From the NCBI GenBank assembly GCA_964019335.1, contig OZ025723.1:248001-312000 (forward strand): a stretch of 64,000 nucleotides of DNA. Reading direction: 5' to 3'. Shown here one piece after another: positions 1 to 11,275 of this stretch. Position numbers and translations under genes: made by a program. This DNA comes from Diplonema japonicum. Lineage: Eukaryota; Protista; Euglenozoa: Diplonemea. The notes under the pieces were generated by a model that was given only the letters and a program-made list of their open reading frames with translations, ran no database searches and was not told where the DNA came from. Positions within the stretch are counted from its first letter, which is position 1, and every line of letters starts with the position of its first letter.

Positions 1-270
1 GGATGTTCGGGTCGGTGTCTCTGGGTATGGGGAAAACCCTTTTTTAAATAACTTACACAGCGTTACGTCCCGATGGCCGGTTTATGGCGGTAAAACGAGT
101 AGAGGTAGAAAAAGATGAAGGGGCGGGGAACGCGGTGAAGGACTTTGTGAAGGAGGTCGGCGTCATGAACATGTGCAAACACAAGAACATTGTAGGCTAC
201 CTGGGAAGCAGTTATGAAGAAACAGAGACAGAATTTGTTTTGATGATTTTCCAGGAATACGTAACCGGTA

Positions 271-327
<57 letters not shown>

Positions 328-511
328 CTCTCCACTCTTTCAAACAGGCGGTTCCGCCTCGACTCTGTGTAGAGCTCTGCAGCAACAACGAAGGAATACA
401 GAAGATGATAGTTTTAGTGAAGACGTGAATGGGATTCCATACGCGCCTTTGCAGGTATTCTCCAGACACATCACTGATGGGCTGGGTTACTTGCATAGTA
501 AGAATATCGGT

Positions 512-551
<40 letters not shown>

Positions 552-1081
552 ACACACACCCGCAGCCCACCGTGACCTAAAGGGTGACAACGTGCTGATA
601 TCTCACGATACGGGTATCGCCAAACTCGCTGATTTTGGGGCTGCCCACTCATTGCAAAACACAATGGCCGGAGGTGGGAACAAAGGGGGCTATGCTGCTA
701 CCTTTGTTGGTACCCCTTACTGGATGGCACCGGAGGTCATAGCTTCAGATGGCGGATATGACGCTCAAAAAGCTGATATCTGGTCGCTGGGTTGCACTGT
801 CGCAGAAATGTGGACGGGAAGCTCTCCTTGGAAGCCTCAAAAACAACTTATGACCACCGTCTACGCCATTGCACAGTCGAAGGGCTGGCCTGACAATATC
901 CCTCAAGAAAAATGCCCCGAAAATGTATGGAGGAAATATAAAAAAAATTTTTTTTTTCTTTATAATAATAATGCAGCTCAAAAACTTCTTGAATAAATGT
1001 TTCACAAGAGACCCTACAAAACGGGCCACTGCCGTACAACTACTCAACACTGCTTTCTTGAAGGGTGGTGTCAGGGATTAA
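1..1081 (+). CDS. STE/MAP3K-like Ser/Thr kinase, 5' end outside window; introns 25-60, 268-347, 510-565, 925-976
   Basis: Removing four GT-AG introns gives a continuous frame with MFGSV, AVK, IFQEYVTGGS, HRDLKGDN, KLADFG, GTPYWMAPE and ADIWSLGC, ending at TAA 1079-1081. Confidence 0.9.
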
Positions 1082-1530
1082 AAAAAATGGAGAAGGGCGT
1101 GGGGGGGGGGGGGGGGGGGGGAGAGGATAATGAAGTGTAAGGACTGTGGGGAAGGGGGGAATGGAAGAAGTCTTTTTCTTTCCCTATAGTGTAAGTATGG
1201 CTATCTTTTTTTGTTTTTTTTTTGGTCCCCTCCCCCCTGTTTTTCCTGAGGAAATGATCTTTCTTTGTTAAGGCGTATACTGTCTCTTCTTTTTTTTTTC
1301 TTCTTTTTTTTTTTGCCTAGATCCTCCTTTCCCCTTTTTTTTTTATTTTCCTTTTACTTTTGATGTGCATAAGCGAAAAAAAAAAAAAAAAAAAACCCTT
1401 TTTAATTTTTCCCCGTTGCCCACCCACCCACATTCTTGAGTTTTCTGTTTTTCCCCCCTCCCCCTTCTTGCAAACTTTTTTTTTTCTCTTGTCTCTCCCC
1501 CGGTATTTTCTATACCTGATGCAAGTACTC

Positions 1531-1568
<38 letters not shown>

Positions 1569-2021
1569 GGAGGGAGGGGAAGGCCCGGGGTGAACGAAGC
1601 AAGTGTTTCGTAGGAAGAAAAAAAAGGGGGGGGGAGAGGGGTTTTTTCTTTTCTTTTATAAGCTCCTTTTCTTCTCCTTCATCCCCCCCCCCCCCCCCCC
1701 CCTTTCTTCTCACCCTTGTGGACGTGGAAACAGCGGGGTGCCCGAAACGTAACCAAAACACGTCACCCTTCTTCACCGGAAGGGCCTAGTCTCCCCCCCC
1801 AAAAAAAAAAAAGAGGGCTAAAAAAAAAAACGCAGCCCTGCCAATTATTTCTTTCTTTTTACTCCTATGGAAAAAAAAAAAAAAAAAAAAAAGATGCATC
1901 CCCCCAACTTTTTTTTTCTATTTTTCTTTTTATCTCGAGCCACACCAACACTTTTTTTTCTATTCCTCCGTAGTCCCCCCCCCCCAACTTTTTTTTAAAC
2001 ATTTCAGAACTTCGGGAGAAA

Positions 2022-2177
2022 AAAAAATAGCTATGTGACAACAAATAAAGAGTCATTAATTAACTCGAGTTCACGAATTTTTTGCACGAGGGCCCTGCGG
2101 TGACGAGTGTTAAATAATGGCTCGTTTGGCGGCGAGTAAGTCGTTTTATTTCACTCTTCGTCAATTGAGTCACTCAC
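2022..2177 (-). mobile_element. Helentron/HINE-like repeat end, subfamily B
   Basis: Reverse complement matches 43349-43434 (gggccctcgtgcaaaaaattcg..aactcgagtt..taatgactc..atagctatttt) and the gtgaaataaaac.acttac...ccgccaa block at 44908-44936. Confidence 0.7.
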
Positions 2178-2399
2178 TCTTCACTGCTTTCACTGCTGTT
2201 TTCCTCACACGGGACAGCTTTTTTGAGGATTTCCATGAGGTAGCAGGTAATACGGGGTAGATATTTTCGCCGTGGAATTTTTAAGGAAATTCAAGTAAAA
2301 CTTATTCCCTGGGCCGGAATGGCCTCAAATGGCCAAAAAGTTTTTTTTTTATTTCTCCGTTAAATTATGAAGGGGGAAAAAAAAGAAAAAAGAAAAAAA

Positions 2400-3806
2400 A
2401 TGACGCCAGTCCCCCCAGGAGGGGTACCTGCAGCCATGCTGGGAGATAGCCAGCTCTCTGTACAGGAGAAAACTAGCCTAATCTTCGCAAAGCTCGACGG
2501 TCCGTATGTTGGAGTTGAGTCGTTTAAAGCTTGTTTTGCCTCAGCTGGCTTCAACCTTTCAGAAGCGACAATTGAAGACATGTTTGTAAAGATACAGAGA
2601 TTTGGAGACAACCTCCCAGAAGGGCTAACTTTCACAGATATTCAAAGGGTTATAACGGTGTACCCAACGCTGTTCAATGTTATGGCGTTTCGAATGCAAG
2701 ATTTGGATATGGATTACCGGCAAATAGCCGTCATCGACCGCGAAGGGGTAATCCTCGACGAGCTGGAAGAAACTTTAAAACAATTGGAAGGCTGCACACT
2801 TGAAGAACGGGGAAAAATCAGAGCATTGGAAGCGGAACAACACGAGCTAGACGAACAGCTCCGCGCTGTTTCAAACGATGCAAAGGAAAAACGAAGAGAT
2901 CTTATCACTCAACACGAGGGTACAAAAGCAGCGAAACGTGAATTAGAACGAAGCCTCGAAACGGAAACGGCGGCTAAACAAGTTCAAGCCCTCCGCGATG
3001 AAGAACTTGGATTGCCACAACTCCGCAGTACTATTGACGTGAAACGTGCTGTATTGTCTGCAAAACAAGATTCTTGCAAGGCCATCAATGATTCCATTGC
3101 AGATCTGGAAAAAAAGATACAAGAATTGAAATCGGATCTATTCACCGCCACCAATGACGAGCTAGCCGCCATCAATGATGTAACCGACGCAGAAATGCAG
3201 CTTGACGAACAGAAACAAAAATGTGTCGACACGGATGAACACGTCCGAAAGGCTGAGAATACCGTTCAAGAGAAACAACAAGACCTTGATGAATGCCAGA
3301 GAATAGAACAAGAAACAGCCGACAAATTAAAACGGCTTATCGATTCCGAGGTGCTGCGTGCTGCAGAGAAGGAGACCATTAACGTGAAACTTGCTGGCGA
3401 CATTATCAACATCAAGCAAAAAGAAGACGAAACAGATACTGCTCGCCAAGCTTATAACGATCAAGTCTCCCGGCTGAACGACATGAAAACCGCGAACGAA
3501 AATTTCCGATCATTGAGGGCGAAACAGTATGCTGAAGAAGAGGTTGTAATAGTCCAAGAGATCCGTCTCAGGGAGCAGCGGGAGTCCCTGGAGCTCAAAG
3601 AAGCGCTGCTTCGAAACGAGGTCGACCGTATAGTTCCCCATGCGCACTCCCCTCCAAATACCCCCCACCGTTTCCACACCCCAGGGAGCATTCCCCCAAC
3701 ATTGCCTTACGCTGCTTCACCCCCAGGACATTCTCCTGCAAAGCCCACCCCGCTGCCTAATAGGGCTGAGCTTCGTGATCGAATGACCGACCATGCCGGA
3801 CGGTAG
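2400..3806 (+). CDS. Coiled-coil protein, possible degenerate EF-hand-like N-terminus, Pro-rich C-terminus
   Basis: Long open frame; ATG at 2400 follows an A-rich leader; E/K/Q/L heptad-rich sequence. Confidence 0.8.
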   Translation: MTPVPPGGVPAAMLGDSQLSVQEKTSLIFAKLDGPYVGVESFKACFASAGFNLSEATIEDMFVKIQRFGDNLPEGLTFTDIQRVITVYPTLFNVMAFRMQDLDMDYRQIAVIDREGVILDELEETLKQLEGCTLEERGKIRALEAEQHELDEQLRAVSNDAKEKRRDLITQHEGTKAAKRELERSLETETAAKQVQALRDEELGLPQLRSTIDVKRAVLSAKQDSCKAINDSIADLEKKIQELKSDLFTATNDELAAINDVTDAEMQLDEQKQKCVDTDEHVRKAENTVQEKQQDLDECQRIEQETADKLKRLIDSEVLRAAEKETINVKLAGDIINIKQKEDETDTARQAYNDQVSRLNDMKTANENFRSLRAKQYAEEEVVIVQEIRLREQRESLELKEALLRNEVDRIVPHAHSPPNTPHRFHTPGSIPPTLPYAASPPGHSPAKPTPLPNRAELRDRMTDHAGR

Positions 3807-3863
3807 AAGGATAGCTTTTCTTTTTTGTTGTTGTTGTTGTTGTTTGTACAGATTTTTTTTTTC

Positions 3864-3894
<31 letters not shown>

Positions 3895-4044
3895 TTATTT
3901 CCCCCCCCCTCCCCCGCTTGCACACCAAGACGGCCTCTTCTCTCCAAAAAAAACATTGTACCGGGTTTGTGAATTTCTTTTTTTATTTTAATTCCTGATT
4001 TTTTTTTTTTTTTTTACAGCACCCAGGCTTCATCTCACCATGAT

Positions 4045-4887
4045 ATGAACTACGTACGCGAGCCTCGAGTGGTGCAGTCGATCAGCCCCATCAGGCACGG
4101 GACAGATGTGGCGAGGTTCAGGGAGATAAGCCCCTTGAAGGTGGCAAGGGTGCAGACGGTAAGCAAAGCAGTAATGACGCCTGCTCCACTTAGGAACGAG
4201 ACGGGAAAGACACTTTTAGAGAAGGCTGAAGATGTAGCTAAGCTACAAGACAGGCTGGGCACATTGCTGAATATGCAGAGGGAGCCGCAGGCTTCACCGG
4301 ACTTGAAGTTTGCCATTCAAGCCGTTGAAGAGAACTTGGTGAAAGCAGCGAGAGAGTGTGAAGAAGCCGTCTCGCCACGGAAAACACCCCAGTTGATGTC
4401 ACCACTACTTGTTAACATCCCTCCAGCTGTTCCTCTACCGCCTGTCTCGGCTTTGCTTCAAGTTGTGGAAGGCACCACACGAAGCAGGCCGTTGTCCGTC
4501 TCATTACTGCCCGGAACGGACGGTCTTGAAGAGTGCCTTGTCATCCGTTCCAAGAAAGACAGCCGGATGGCTTTCATAGTCGCAAAACCCGTGCTGCAAC
4601 GAAATACGTTGGAGCACATCGATGTGGAACGTGCCTTGCAAGCCGCCGATGGGTCAAAGGCTGCTGGAGTTGTGCTGATTCTTCCCAAGGACGCATTTAT
4701 ATCTGGTACGGGGGGGGGGGGGAGATTGAAATAAATAAACGTAAGACCACACACAGAACTTGCATGCGCTTCCCTTTCTTCTTCTAACGTGGAGATCGTC
4801 TTCGACAACAACGCACTTGGCTTCATGATAGGAAAGGCCATTGATGCCGTCGCTACCACTGCTACTTTGAGCTGTATGAAGAAGTAG
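4045..4887 (+). CDS. Hypothetical protein; intron 4706-4756
   Basis: Splicing GTACGG...CACACAG extends the ORF with ELACASLSSSNVEIVFD...MKK to TAG at 4885-4887. Confidence 0.7.
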
Positions 4888-5079
4888 GTAGATTTTTTTG
4901 TCCCCCCCCCCTTCTCTCTCCCTTTAAATACATATAAGACCCTCCCCCAAAGTCCCCTTTTGTAGAGGAAGAAAAGAAATAAAAAGAAAGAACGTATTTT
5001 TTTGTTTTGCTTTTTTTTTTTCCCCTGTGGTTATTCATATGCTTCCCATAGGGAAAAAAAGGGGGGGGGGGTGGGGAAA

Positions 5080-8000
5080 ATGCCCCACGTGCCCCCTGTC
5101 GGGTCAGGTGGGCCTCAGGGGAAGACAGTCCGAGTGTTGAAATGCATAAGAAGACGGGAAGCCGCATTAGAGCTTGTAACAGACATCACAGAAAGGTGGG
5201 AAGGGGGAGAGTTCGGAGGGGTGTCGGTCAAAGAGATTCAAGAAGAGATCTTGAGTGCTGTGACAAGCTTGAGGATCGCATCGAGGGACGTCGTAGCTTC
5301 AATAAGGGAATGGGAGACAGTAGAAACGACACCTGTCGGAGATGGGTCATTCGTGTGGCAAGGGATATGCTATGAGCAGAAGATGCACACCGACACCAGG
5401 TTTCTACAGTCTGTACAATACACGAATCTAGTGAAGCTACTCCCGGATGGGCTGCCACGGCCACCGCCTGTCACCAGACCACACTGCCGGGGGAAGAAAC
5501 AAGCGTGGGGGCCGCTCCCCACGGAGAAACCACTCCCACCTAAACCGGAGCCCGAAGACCGTCCTCACGACATGCCCAACCTCAAGACCACGGAACAGCA
5601 ACAACACGAAAGCCGTGTCGTCTCTGCTGCATCGGAGGCACAGATCGCCCGGTTGCAGCTCCAGCACCTTCTTAGCAATACCGACATCCCGCCCCGTCCC
5701 CCTAGCAATAGTGTGTCTAATTCACCTTCGAACGTGTCGCGGCCCCGTGTGTCGAAAAGACGAGCGTTCTTCACCTCCGCATCCATCTCTGAACAAGGGT
5801 CGAACTACTACTGGATGTTGGTGCAGAAGGTCTCGCCCGCTACGTACGGTGTGAAGGGCGCTACAGGCCGCGAGTTTTCCCCAACAACCAACGACCCCGT
5901 GCACGCGTTTTCCAGCGAGAAGAAGCTTGCGGCCGTGTTCCTGCACCACATGCACAGGGTCACAGAGAGAGACGAAGCCATTCCAGGAATACCATTGTTG
6001 CGGCTTTTGGTTCCATTGCAGAGGATGGACCCGATGAAAAAGATCTCGATCCATGCCTCCACTGTGGACATGTCGAGCAAGATGGACGCGCCGGGGGGGA
6101 AGCAATTGTACGGGTGTGGAAGCTTCGGCATCACGATGGGGAAGCTGCAGGACTTCGAGAGAAGCGGGCGATTGGCTGTCCCACACTTCATCCCGGTTGT
6201 CTTTTTCAAGAACCTGTCGGTGTTGACGACGGACGACGGGAACGCCATGTTTTTCACGCTTCTCAAGGATGTGCCCCTCTGCAGGTTGGGAAACCCTACG
6301 GAGTGGGACTCGGTGCTGTCATCGCAGGTCCACCTCATAAACAACGAAAAACGAGAGCTGGGCAGGCTTCGGAAGGAGAGAAGCAGTATTGTGGACCAAG
6401 GTGCTGGCGAACACATGCATACGATCTGGTCGGTGGAAGACGATGTAATATCAGAAAAGCAAGATCTCATCGGCACGATCCAAACCCAGATCGACTTCTT
6501 GAAGAACCGTTCCATGGCGGGGCAGCTTTGCATGATTGCAGAGGAAGTCGGTCAGTTTCTTAGGCTCATCCGCACCGCCTCGCTCCAGTTTGGTTTCGAC
6601 ACCCCGGAGGATGCAGCTAGAAGCCTTCGGTTCAGCCTCAATGAAATCTCGTCGAAAATCTGTAAATCTCAACATGGGACGCTTCTGTGCGACGGAACAG
6701 GCGGCAGAAGCAACCAGCTCAACCAACCACCCTCCAAATCGGTGGTTTTCCTTCACGCATTCTACCTCCCCAAGGGCGACTTTAATGAAACGCAGGACAC
6801 CCACTACGCTTTGGTCCAATCTTGTGTTTTGCAAGGAGTGTCGCATCTATGCATCTCCCCATCGCAGTACTCTGTGGAGTGGTTGGACTCCCTTGTCACC
6901 GTCATTGGGCAGCTCTATGTGAATAAAGGCGATGTGCCCTTCACGTTGTGGCTTGGGACACAAGAGAAGGCTTTTAACACGTTTCTAAATCGCGAGGATT
7001 TGGATGTTGTCGTGCACAATGCGTCGTCGAAGTTCTTGGCGTGCGAGCTGGCACGGGAAGGGTTCAACGTTGGGCTCCTTGTGCCGTCGTCGTGTCTGTC
7101 AATAGCTTTAGGGAAGGTTGGCGGGTACTGGGAAACGGGAACTTTGTCCACATACGGAGCAGAAGAAGATCTCGCTGCAACATCGACATCCCTCCTGGCA
7201 CACTCCAACATCAGCATGCTTCACGACGACAGCTACCGCTACATCAACATCCCACGTCACACACAGTCACAACGCCACACTTCCGTGGAGGCGGGCTTCG
7301 GCGTGACCGCATCCACCGACATTAGCGAAGCTGAGCCCTCAATGGGCCACTGTTCCGTGTTGAGCTCCAGTCTGAACCCCAACACCCGCACGAAACACCA
7401 TGAAACAGAACCCACGGAACCCGAGTACAGATCAGAAGCTGCCCGCTTGGCAGCCAGAGCAAGGGAGCACCTCAAGATGCTGCTCGACGAAGAACTCTCC
7501 TATACAACTATAAAAATTAAGAACTGCCAGAAAGAAGAGGATAAGGAACGCGAGAAGGTTGCAAGGTTAGAGTCGACGGGACGCGTGGGGCACGTGCACT
7601 GCAGGAGGACACACTCGATGAAGGGACCTTGTGTGAACATGTCGGGAGACGGACAACCAGACGCCGTAAAGGGAGCAGTGTACCTGGAGAAGAACGCAAG
7701 AAATTCGGTTGAGATCGAGGAGCGTGCAGAACGCGCAAGACATTTCAGGATCAAGAAGAGGTCGGTCTCGCGAGTGATGTCTCTGCAGTACGAGAGGATG
7801 TGTGTGGAGTTTGCAGAGACGATCGAACCGCGTGCGAGGTACGTAGTCGCGTCGGAGGAGACTGCTGACAGGACATTGCTGTTCACCTTGAAGTCGGGCT
7901 ATCTGCAGACATCGAATGAGCTCACAGAGCGCATCGACATAGAATTCGCCGAAGCGACTAACAGGCACGCCCAGCGCCTTGTTGAAATGACGGATCTCCG

Positions 8001-11000
8001 CCAGACCATTGCCTCGCTTCAGTCGGTCGTGACCCCAAGTGCAGTATACGTCAGGGAGTGGAGCATCCTCATGGACGCGGAGATCTCTGAACGAATGAAA
8101 ATTGAAGGCCACGAAGCCATTGAATACACGTCCCTCGGCATGGAACAGATCATCGAGCTGCGCTCTGCCATGTCGAAGGGAACTAGCAGGGTAATTGTTC
8201 ACGAAAGCGAACAGGATGCCAACGCCTACCCGATGAGGTCGAACTCCGATGCCCACAGCATGCAGGTCTCGGACCTCGGCAGCGTGCGGAAGAGCAACGT
8301 GTCGGCGAATCCCTACACAGAGACCATTCTAGACGCATCGAGACGTGCCACGCTCGATTCCTGTGATGTGAGAGAACAAGAAAGCCAGCCCTCAGATGCA
8401 GGACACGAACCACAGGAAAGAGAAATCGTTTCAAGGAAAAGCTCGAAACACTCCGTGCACTCTGTGAAGGAGGACGGGGCCGACGAACTGGAACCGGGGC
8501 GAGAGGAGATGGTTCCGCCATCGGAAAGCACAATGAACCTCAGTTGTGATACAACTGAGTTTTCCGCGTCCTCTGCAAAAGATGCGCACGATGAACAAGG
8601 GAAATCTGTCTCGCGAAAGAGCTCAATGCGGAGCGATGCAACTTCTTCATCCAAGATGGCCTTTGCACGTTCCTCGGAACTTGAGCGAAGCAGCAACAGC
8701 TTGGACGCTGCGCCTCCGCAAGACCGTGATGAGGCAGGTCCTCCAAATGCAGATAAGGAACTGGCTCTGCAAAAAGAAGAAGCAGAAACAGTTTCGAGGA
8801 AAAGCTCTGTGAACGACAAAGTGCAATCCAGGAAGAGCTCCGTGCGTTCCTTAGAAGAAGCTAAGCGAAGCAACAACAGCTTATTAGACCGCGATGAGGT
8901 AAGTGCACTACGTGAAGAGGTAGAAGCAGCGCTGCAACAAAAAGAAACGGTTTCGAGGAAGAGCTCAGCGCGTTCAGAACGCACGGAAGAAGAGGCGATG
9001 TCGAAGAAGAGCTCTGAAGAGTCTAGAGCCGTCTCGAGAGAACCGTCAAAACACTCGATAAAAGAAGAAGATTCCGAAAAGGCACCGTCGAGAAGAAATT
9101 CAACAATTTCTGAAAAAGCCGAAGGCCCCCCTTCTGATCCACCATTCAAGAAGGACGACGAAATATACCAGAAGAGCTCGGTGGAAGTCTACGCAAGCCT
9201 GCCCACTGATACAAGCATCTTGGGTCCAGTAGAAACTGCCACGAAAGCGATGGGGAAGATACCATCGTTGAACACAGAAGCTATGCAGAACCTTGAAAAA
9301 GACTACCTCAACGGGACAAACGAGCTGGTTCTTGATGAGACGGCAATGAGATGTCACATGAAATTACATGAAATGACCGTTCTGAGGAATGCCGTGGCTG
9401 CCGAGCACTCACGCGTGAGAGTACCGAACGACGCACTAGCATGCTTGCTGTCGGTAAGCCCGAATACGGACACGAGACAATACGGGATCTCGGCGCTGCT
9501 ACAGCTGTCAGACGATTCCATTAGTGCTGCAGAGGAAGAAGTCCCGTCACCGCCTGCTGAAGAAGAATCAATGAACCGCCGGAATCTTCAACACGAAGAA
9601 TCTATGATCCGCTCCTCGCATCGCATCTGCGAGATGGCGCAACTGCGCCGATCAGTAGCTGCACAACACTCCAACCTGGACCCGACAACGGTCACGCGTG
9701 AATGGTGCGCCCTCATCGATGCAGAGATTACAAACAGGATGAAGCTTGAAGCCCATGAATCGATTGAGTACTCAACGCTGGGGATGACGCACTCCGCTGA
9801 TCTACGCTCATCCATCTCTAAAGAAACGGGAGGCCGCAGCATGAGAAAAACCCGAAGGATCCTGAAGAACGAGGCTCTGGAAAGCATCACCGACAGGTTG
9901 CTGCTCCGCTTGCTGGAAAAAGAGGACGACAAACGCAGTTCTATAGCAAACGACGAGGAGCAAGAGCTCGTGATCCTGTCGTCCCTGCTAGCAGCGATCC
10001 ACCTATCCTTGAAGCAAGCCGAAAAATCGCCCACACCCAGCAAAGGGGATCTCAGCCCCGAACAAGAAAAAACACCTTTAGTCAAATCCTCCGTCGGCTC
10101 ACAACAGGCCTCACCAAAACAGGAAGAAGCTGCAGCAGCACTCCCCGACGAAAAAGTAATTTCACGAAAGAGCTCAGTTGCTAAGGAAGCATCTTTATCG
10201 AGGAAGGGGTCCGAGAGATCGCAAGAGAACGCACAAAGCAAACCGGCTTCGAGGAAAAGCTCAAGACAATCCATGCACTCTTCCGAGGCCGAGAAGGTCC
10301 CGTCCAGAAGAGGCTCTGTGTGTTCAATTGCCGAACATCAGAACGAGTCACCCGGCCCAGCCCACTCTGTGGGAAGTGACCGCGATACTGTACAGGAAGG
10401 GGCACCCCTATCGAGGACAAACTCAAAACACTCCTCGCATTCAGTTAAAAAGATACCATCCAGGAAGAGCTCAATTCACTCAGCACCGCAAGAGGATATA
10501 GTTTCAAGGAAAAGCTCGAAACACTCTGTGCAAGAAGAAGAGACCAGTAAGGTACCTGCCGCGGTGAGCAAGGAAGACGTAATTTCTGAGATAGCGTCCT
10601 CGAAGAAGACGTGGGCACACGTTAATGGTGAAGATATGCTTATCGCGTCGGAGGAAGATCTTGTGAGCAAAGGGAGCTATGTGTCACAGAAAGAGTTGGA
10701 AGAGATGGTGACAGGGACTGTGGGGAACATTGTGCCGAAGGAAGAGAACGAAAGCGTGTCGGAGGTGGCAGTGCAGGTGCTGCAGCGTGCGTGGAGGTCG
10801 CATCTATCACGAGCAGTACTGGAGGCGAGAAACTACGAGCAACATGTGGCAGATGAGCTCATGATACGTGATGAGTTGGACATGCACGCCTTTTACGAAG
10901 ATGCACTCCAGAAGATCGCTCGGGTCATCCTGAGGTGCATATCCAGAAAGGTATCACACAACACAGCACACATTATTTCTCTTCTACAGCGTGTCGCCGC

Positions 11001-11094
11001 GCGACGATACGAGCGCAACCTGCGTTGTGAGCTTGAAGAGACCCTTGAGGAGGAGTTCTTCTCCCGTGAGGCAGACGAAGCTCACGAGCAGTAG
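5080..11094 (+). CDS. Large (~2000 aa) hypothetical protein with SRKSS repeats, an internal duplicated segment and a C-terminal IQ-like motif
   Basis: 6-kb uninterrupted ORF; EW..L.DAEI..RMK.E.HE.IEY..LGM occurs twice; LQRAWRSHLSR is IQ-like. Confidence 0.85.
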   Translation: MPHVPPVGSGGPQGKTVRVLKCIRRREAALELVTDITERWEGGEFGGVSVKEIQEEILSAVTSLRIASRDVVASIREWETVETTPVGDGSFVWQGICYEQKMHTDTRFLQSVQYTNLVKLLPDGLPRPPPVTRPHCRGKKQAWGPLPTEKPLPPKPEPEDRPHDMPNLKTTEQQQHESRVVSAASEAQIARLQLQHLLSNTDIPPRPPSNSVSNSPSNVSRPRVSKRRAFFTSASISEQGSNYYWMLVQKVSPATYGVKGATGREFSPTTNDPVHAFSSEKKLAAVFLHHMHRVTERDEAIPGIPLLRLLVPLQRMDPMKKISIHASTVDMSSKMDAPGGKQLYGCGSFGITMGKLQDFERSGRLAVPHFIPVVFFKNLSVLTTDDGNAMFFTLLKDVPLCRLGNPTEWDSVLSSQVHLINNEKRELGRLRKERSSIVDQGAGEHMHTIWSVEDDVISEKQDLIGTIQTQIDFLKNRSMAGQLCMIAEEVGQFLRLIRTASLQFGFDTPEDAARSLRFSLNEISSKICKSQHGTLLCDGTGGRSNQLNQPPSKSVVFLHAFYLPKGDFNETQDTHYALVQSCVLQGVSHLCISPSQYSVEWLDSLVTVIGQLYVNKGDVPFTLWLGTQEKAFNTFLNREDLDVVVHNASSKFLACELAREGFNVGLLVPSSCLSIALGKVGGYWETGTLSTYGAEEDLAATSTSLLAHSNISMLHDDSYRYINIPRHTQSQRHTSVEAGFGVTASTDISEAEPSMGHCSVLSSSLNPNTRTKHHETEPTEPEYRSEAARLAARAREHLKMLLDEELSYTTIKIKNCQKEEDKEREKVARLESTGRVGHVHCRRTHSMKGPCVNMSGDGQPDAVKGAVYLEKNARNSVEIEERAERARHFRIKKRSVSRVMSLQYERMCVEFAETIEPRARYVVASEETADRTLLFTLKSGYLQTSNELTERIDIEFAEATNRHAQRLVEMTDLRQTIASLQSVVTPSAVYVREWSILMDAEISERMKIEGHEAIEYTSLGMEQIIELRSAMSKGTSRVIVHESEQDANAYPMRSNSDAHSMQVSDLGSVRKSNVSANPYTETILDASRRATLDSCDVREQESQPSDAGHEPQEREIVSRKSSKHSVHSVKEDGADELEPGREEMVPPSESTMNLSCDTTEFSASSAKDAHDEQGKSVSRKSSMRSDATSSSKMAFARSSELERSSNSLDAAPPQDRDEAGPPNADKELALQKEEAETVSRKSSVNDKVQSRKSSVRSLEEAKRSNNSLLDRDEVSALREEVEAALQQKETVSRKSSARSERTEEEAMSKKSSEESRAVSREPSKHSIKEEDSEKAPSRRNSTISEKAEGPPSDPPFKKDDEIYQKSSVEVYASLPTDTSILGPVETATKAMGKIPSLNTEAMQNLEKDYLNGTNELVLDETAMRCHMKLHEMTVLRNAVAAEHSRVRVPNDALACLLSVSPNTDTRQYGISALLQLSDDSISAAEEEVPSPPAEEESMNRRNLQHEESMIRSSHRICEMAQLRRSVAAQHSNLDPTTVTREWCALIDAEITNRMKLEAHESIEYSTLGMTHSADLRSSISKETGGRSMRKTRRILKNEALESITDRLLLRLLEKEDDKRSSIANDEEQELVILSSLLAAIHLSLKQAEKSPTPSKGDLSPEQEKTPLVKSSVGSQQASPKQEEAAAALPDEKVISRKSSVAKEASLSRKGSERSQENAQSKPASRKSSRQSMHSSEAEKVPSRRGSVCSIAEHQNESPGPAHSVGSDRDTVQEGAPLSRTNSKHSSHSVKKIPSRKSSIHSAPQEDIVSRKSSKHSVQEEETSKVPAAVSKEDVISEIASSKKTWAHVNGEDMLIASEEDLVSKGSYVSQKELEEMVTGTVGNIVPKEENESVSEVAVQVLQRAWRSHLSRAVLEARNYEQHVADELMIRDELDMHAFYEDALQKIARVILRCISRKVSHNTAHIISLLQRVAARRYERNLRCELEETLEEEFFSREADEAHEQ

Positions 11095-11275
11095 CCTCCC
11101 CCCCCCCCCCCCCCCATTGTTTACATATAACATATGATATGGTTTTCTAACGAGGACCTTTCACTTGTTCATTGCTTCTTCCTTTTTTTTTTTATATTAA
11201 CCCTTATGCACCTAGCAACAAGGTTATTTTATCCTGTTTCACCGTAAAAGTTTATCCAGGTAACTGTTAGATAAG

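Noticed and set aside
1766-1790. Hairpin cccttc/gaaggg followed by CTAGT as a Helitron 3' end
   Set aside because: Spacing of 1 nt instead of about 10, and no second copy.
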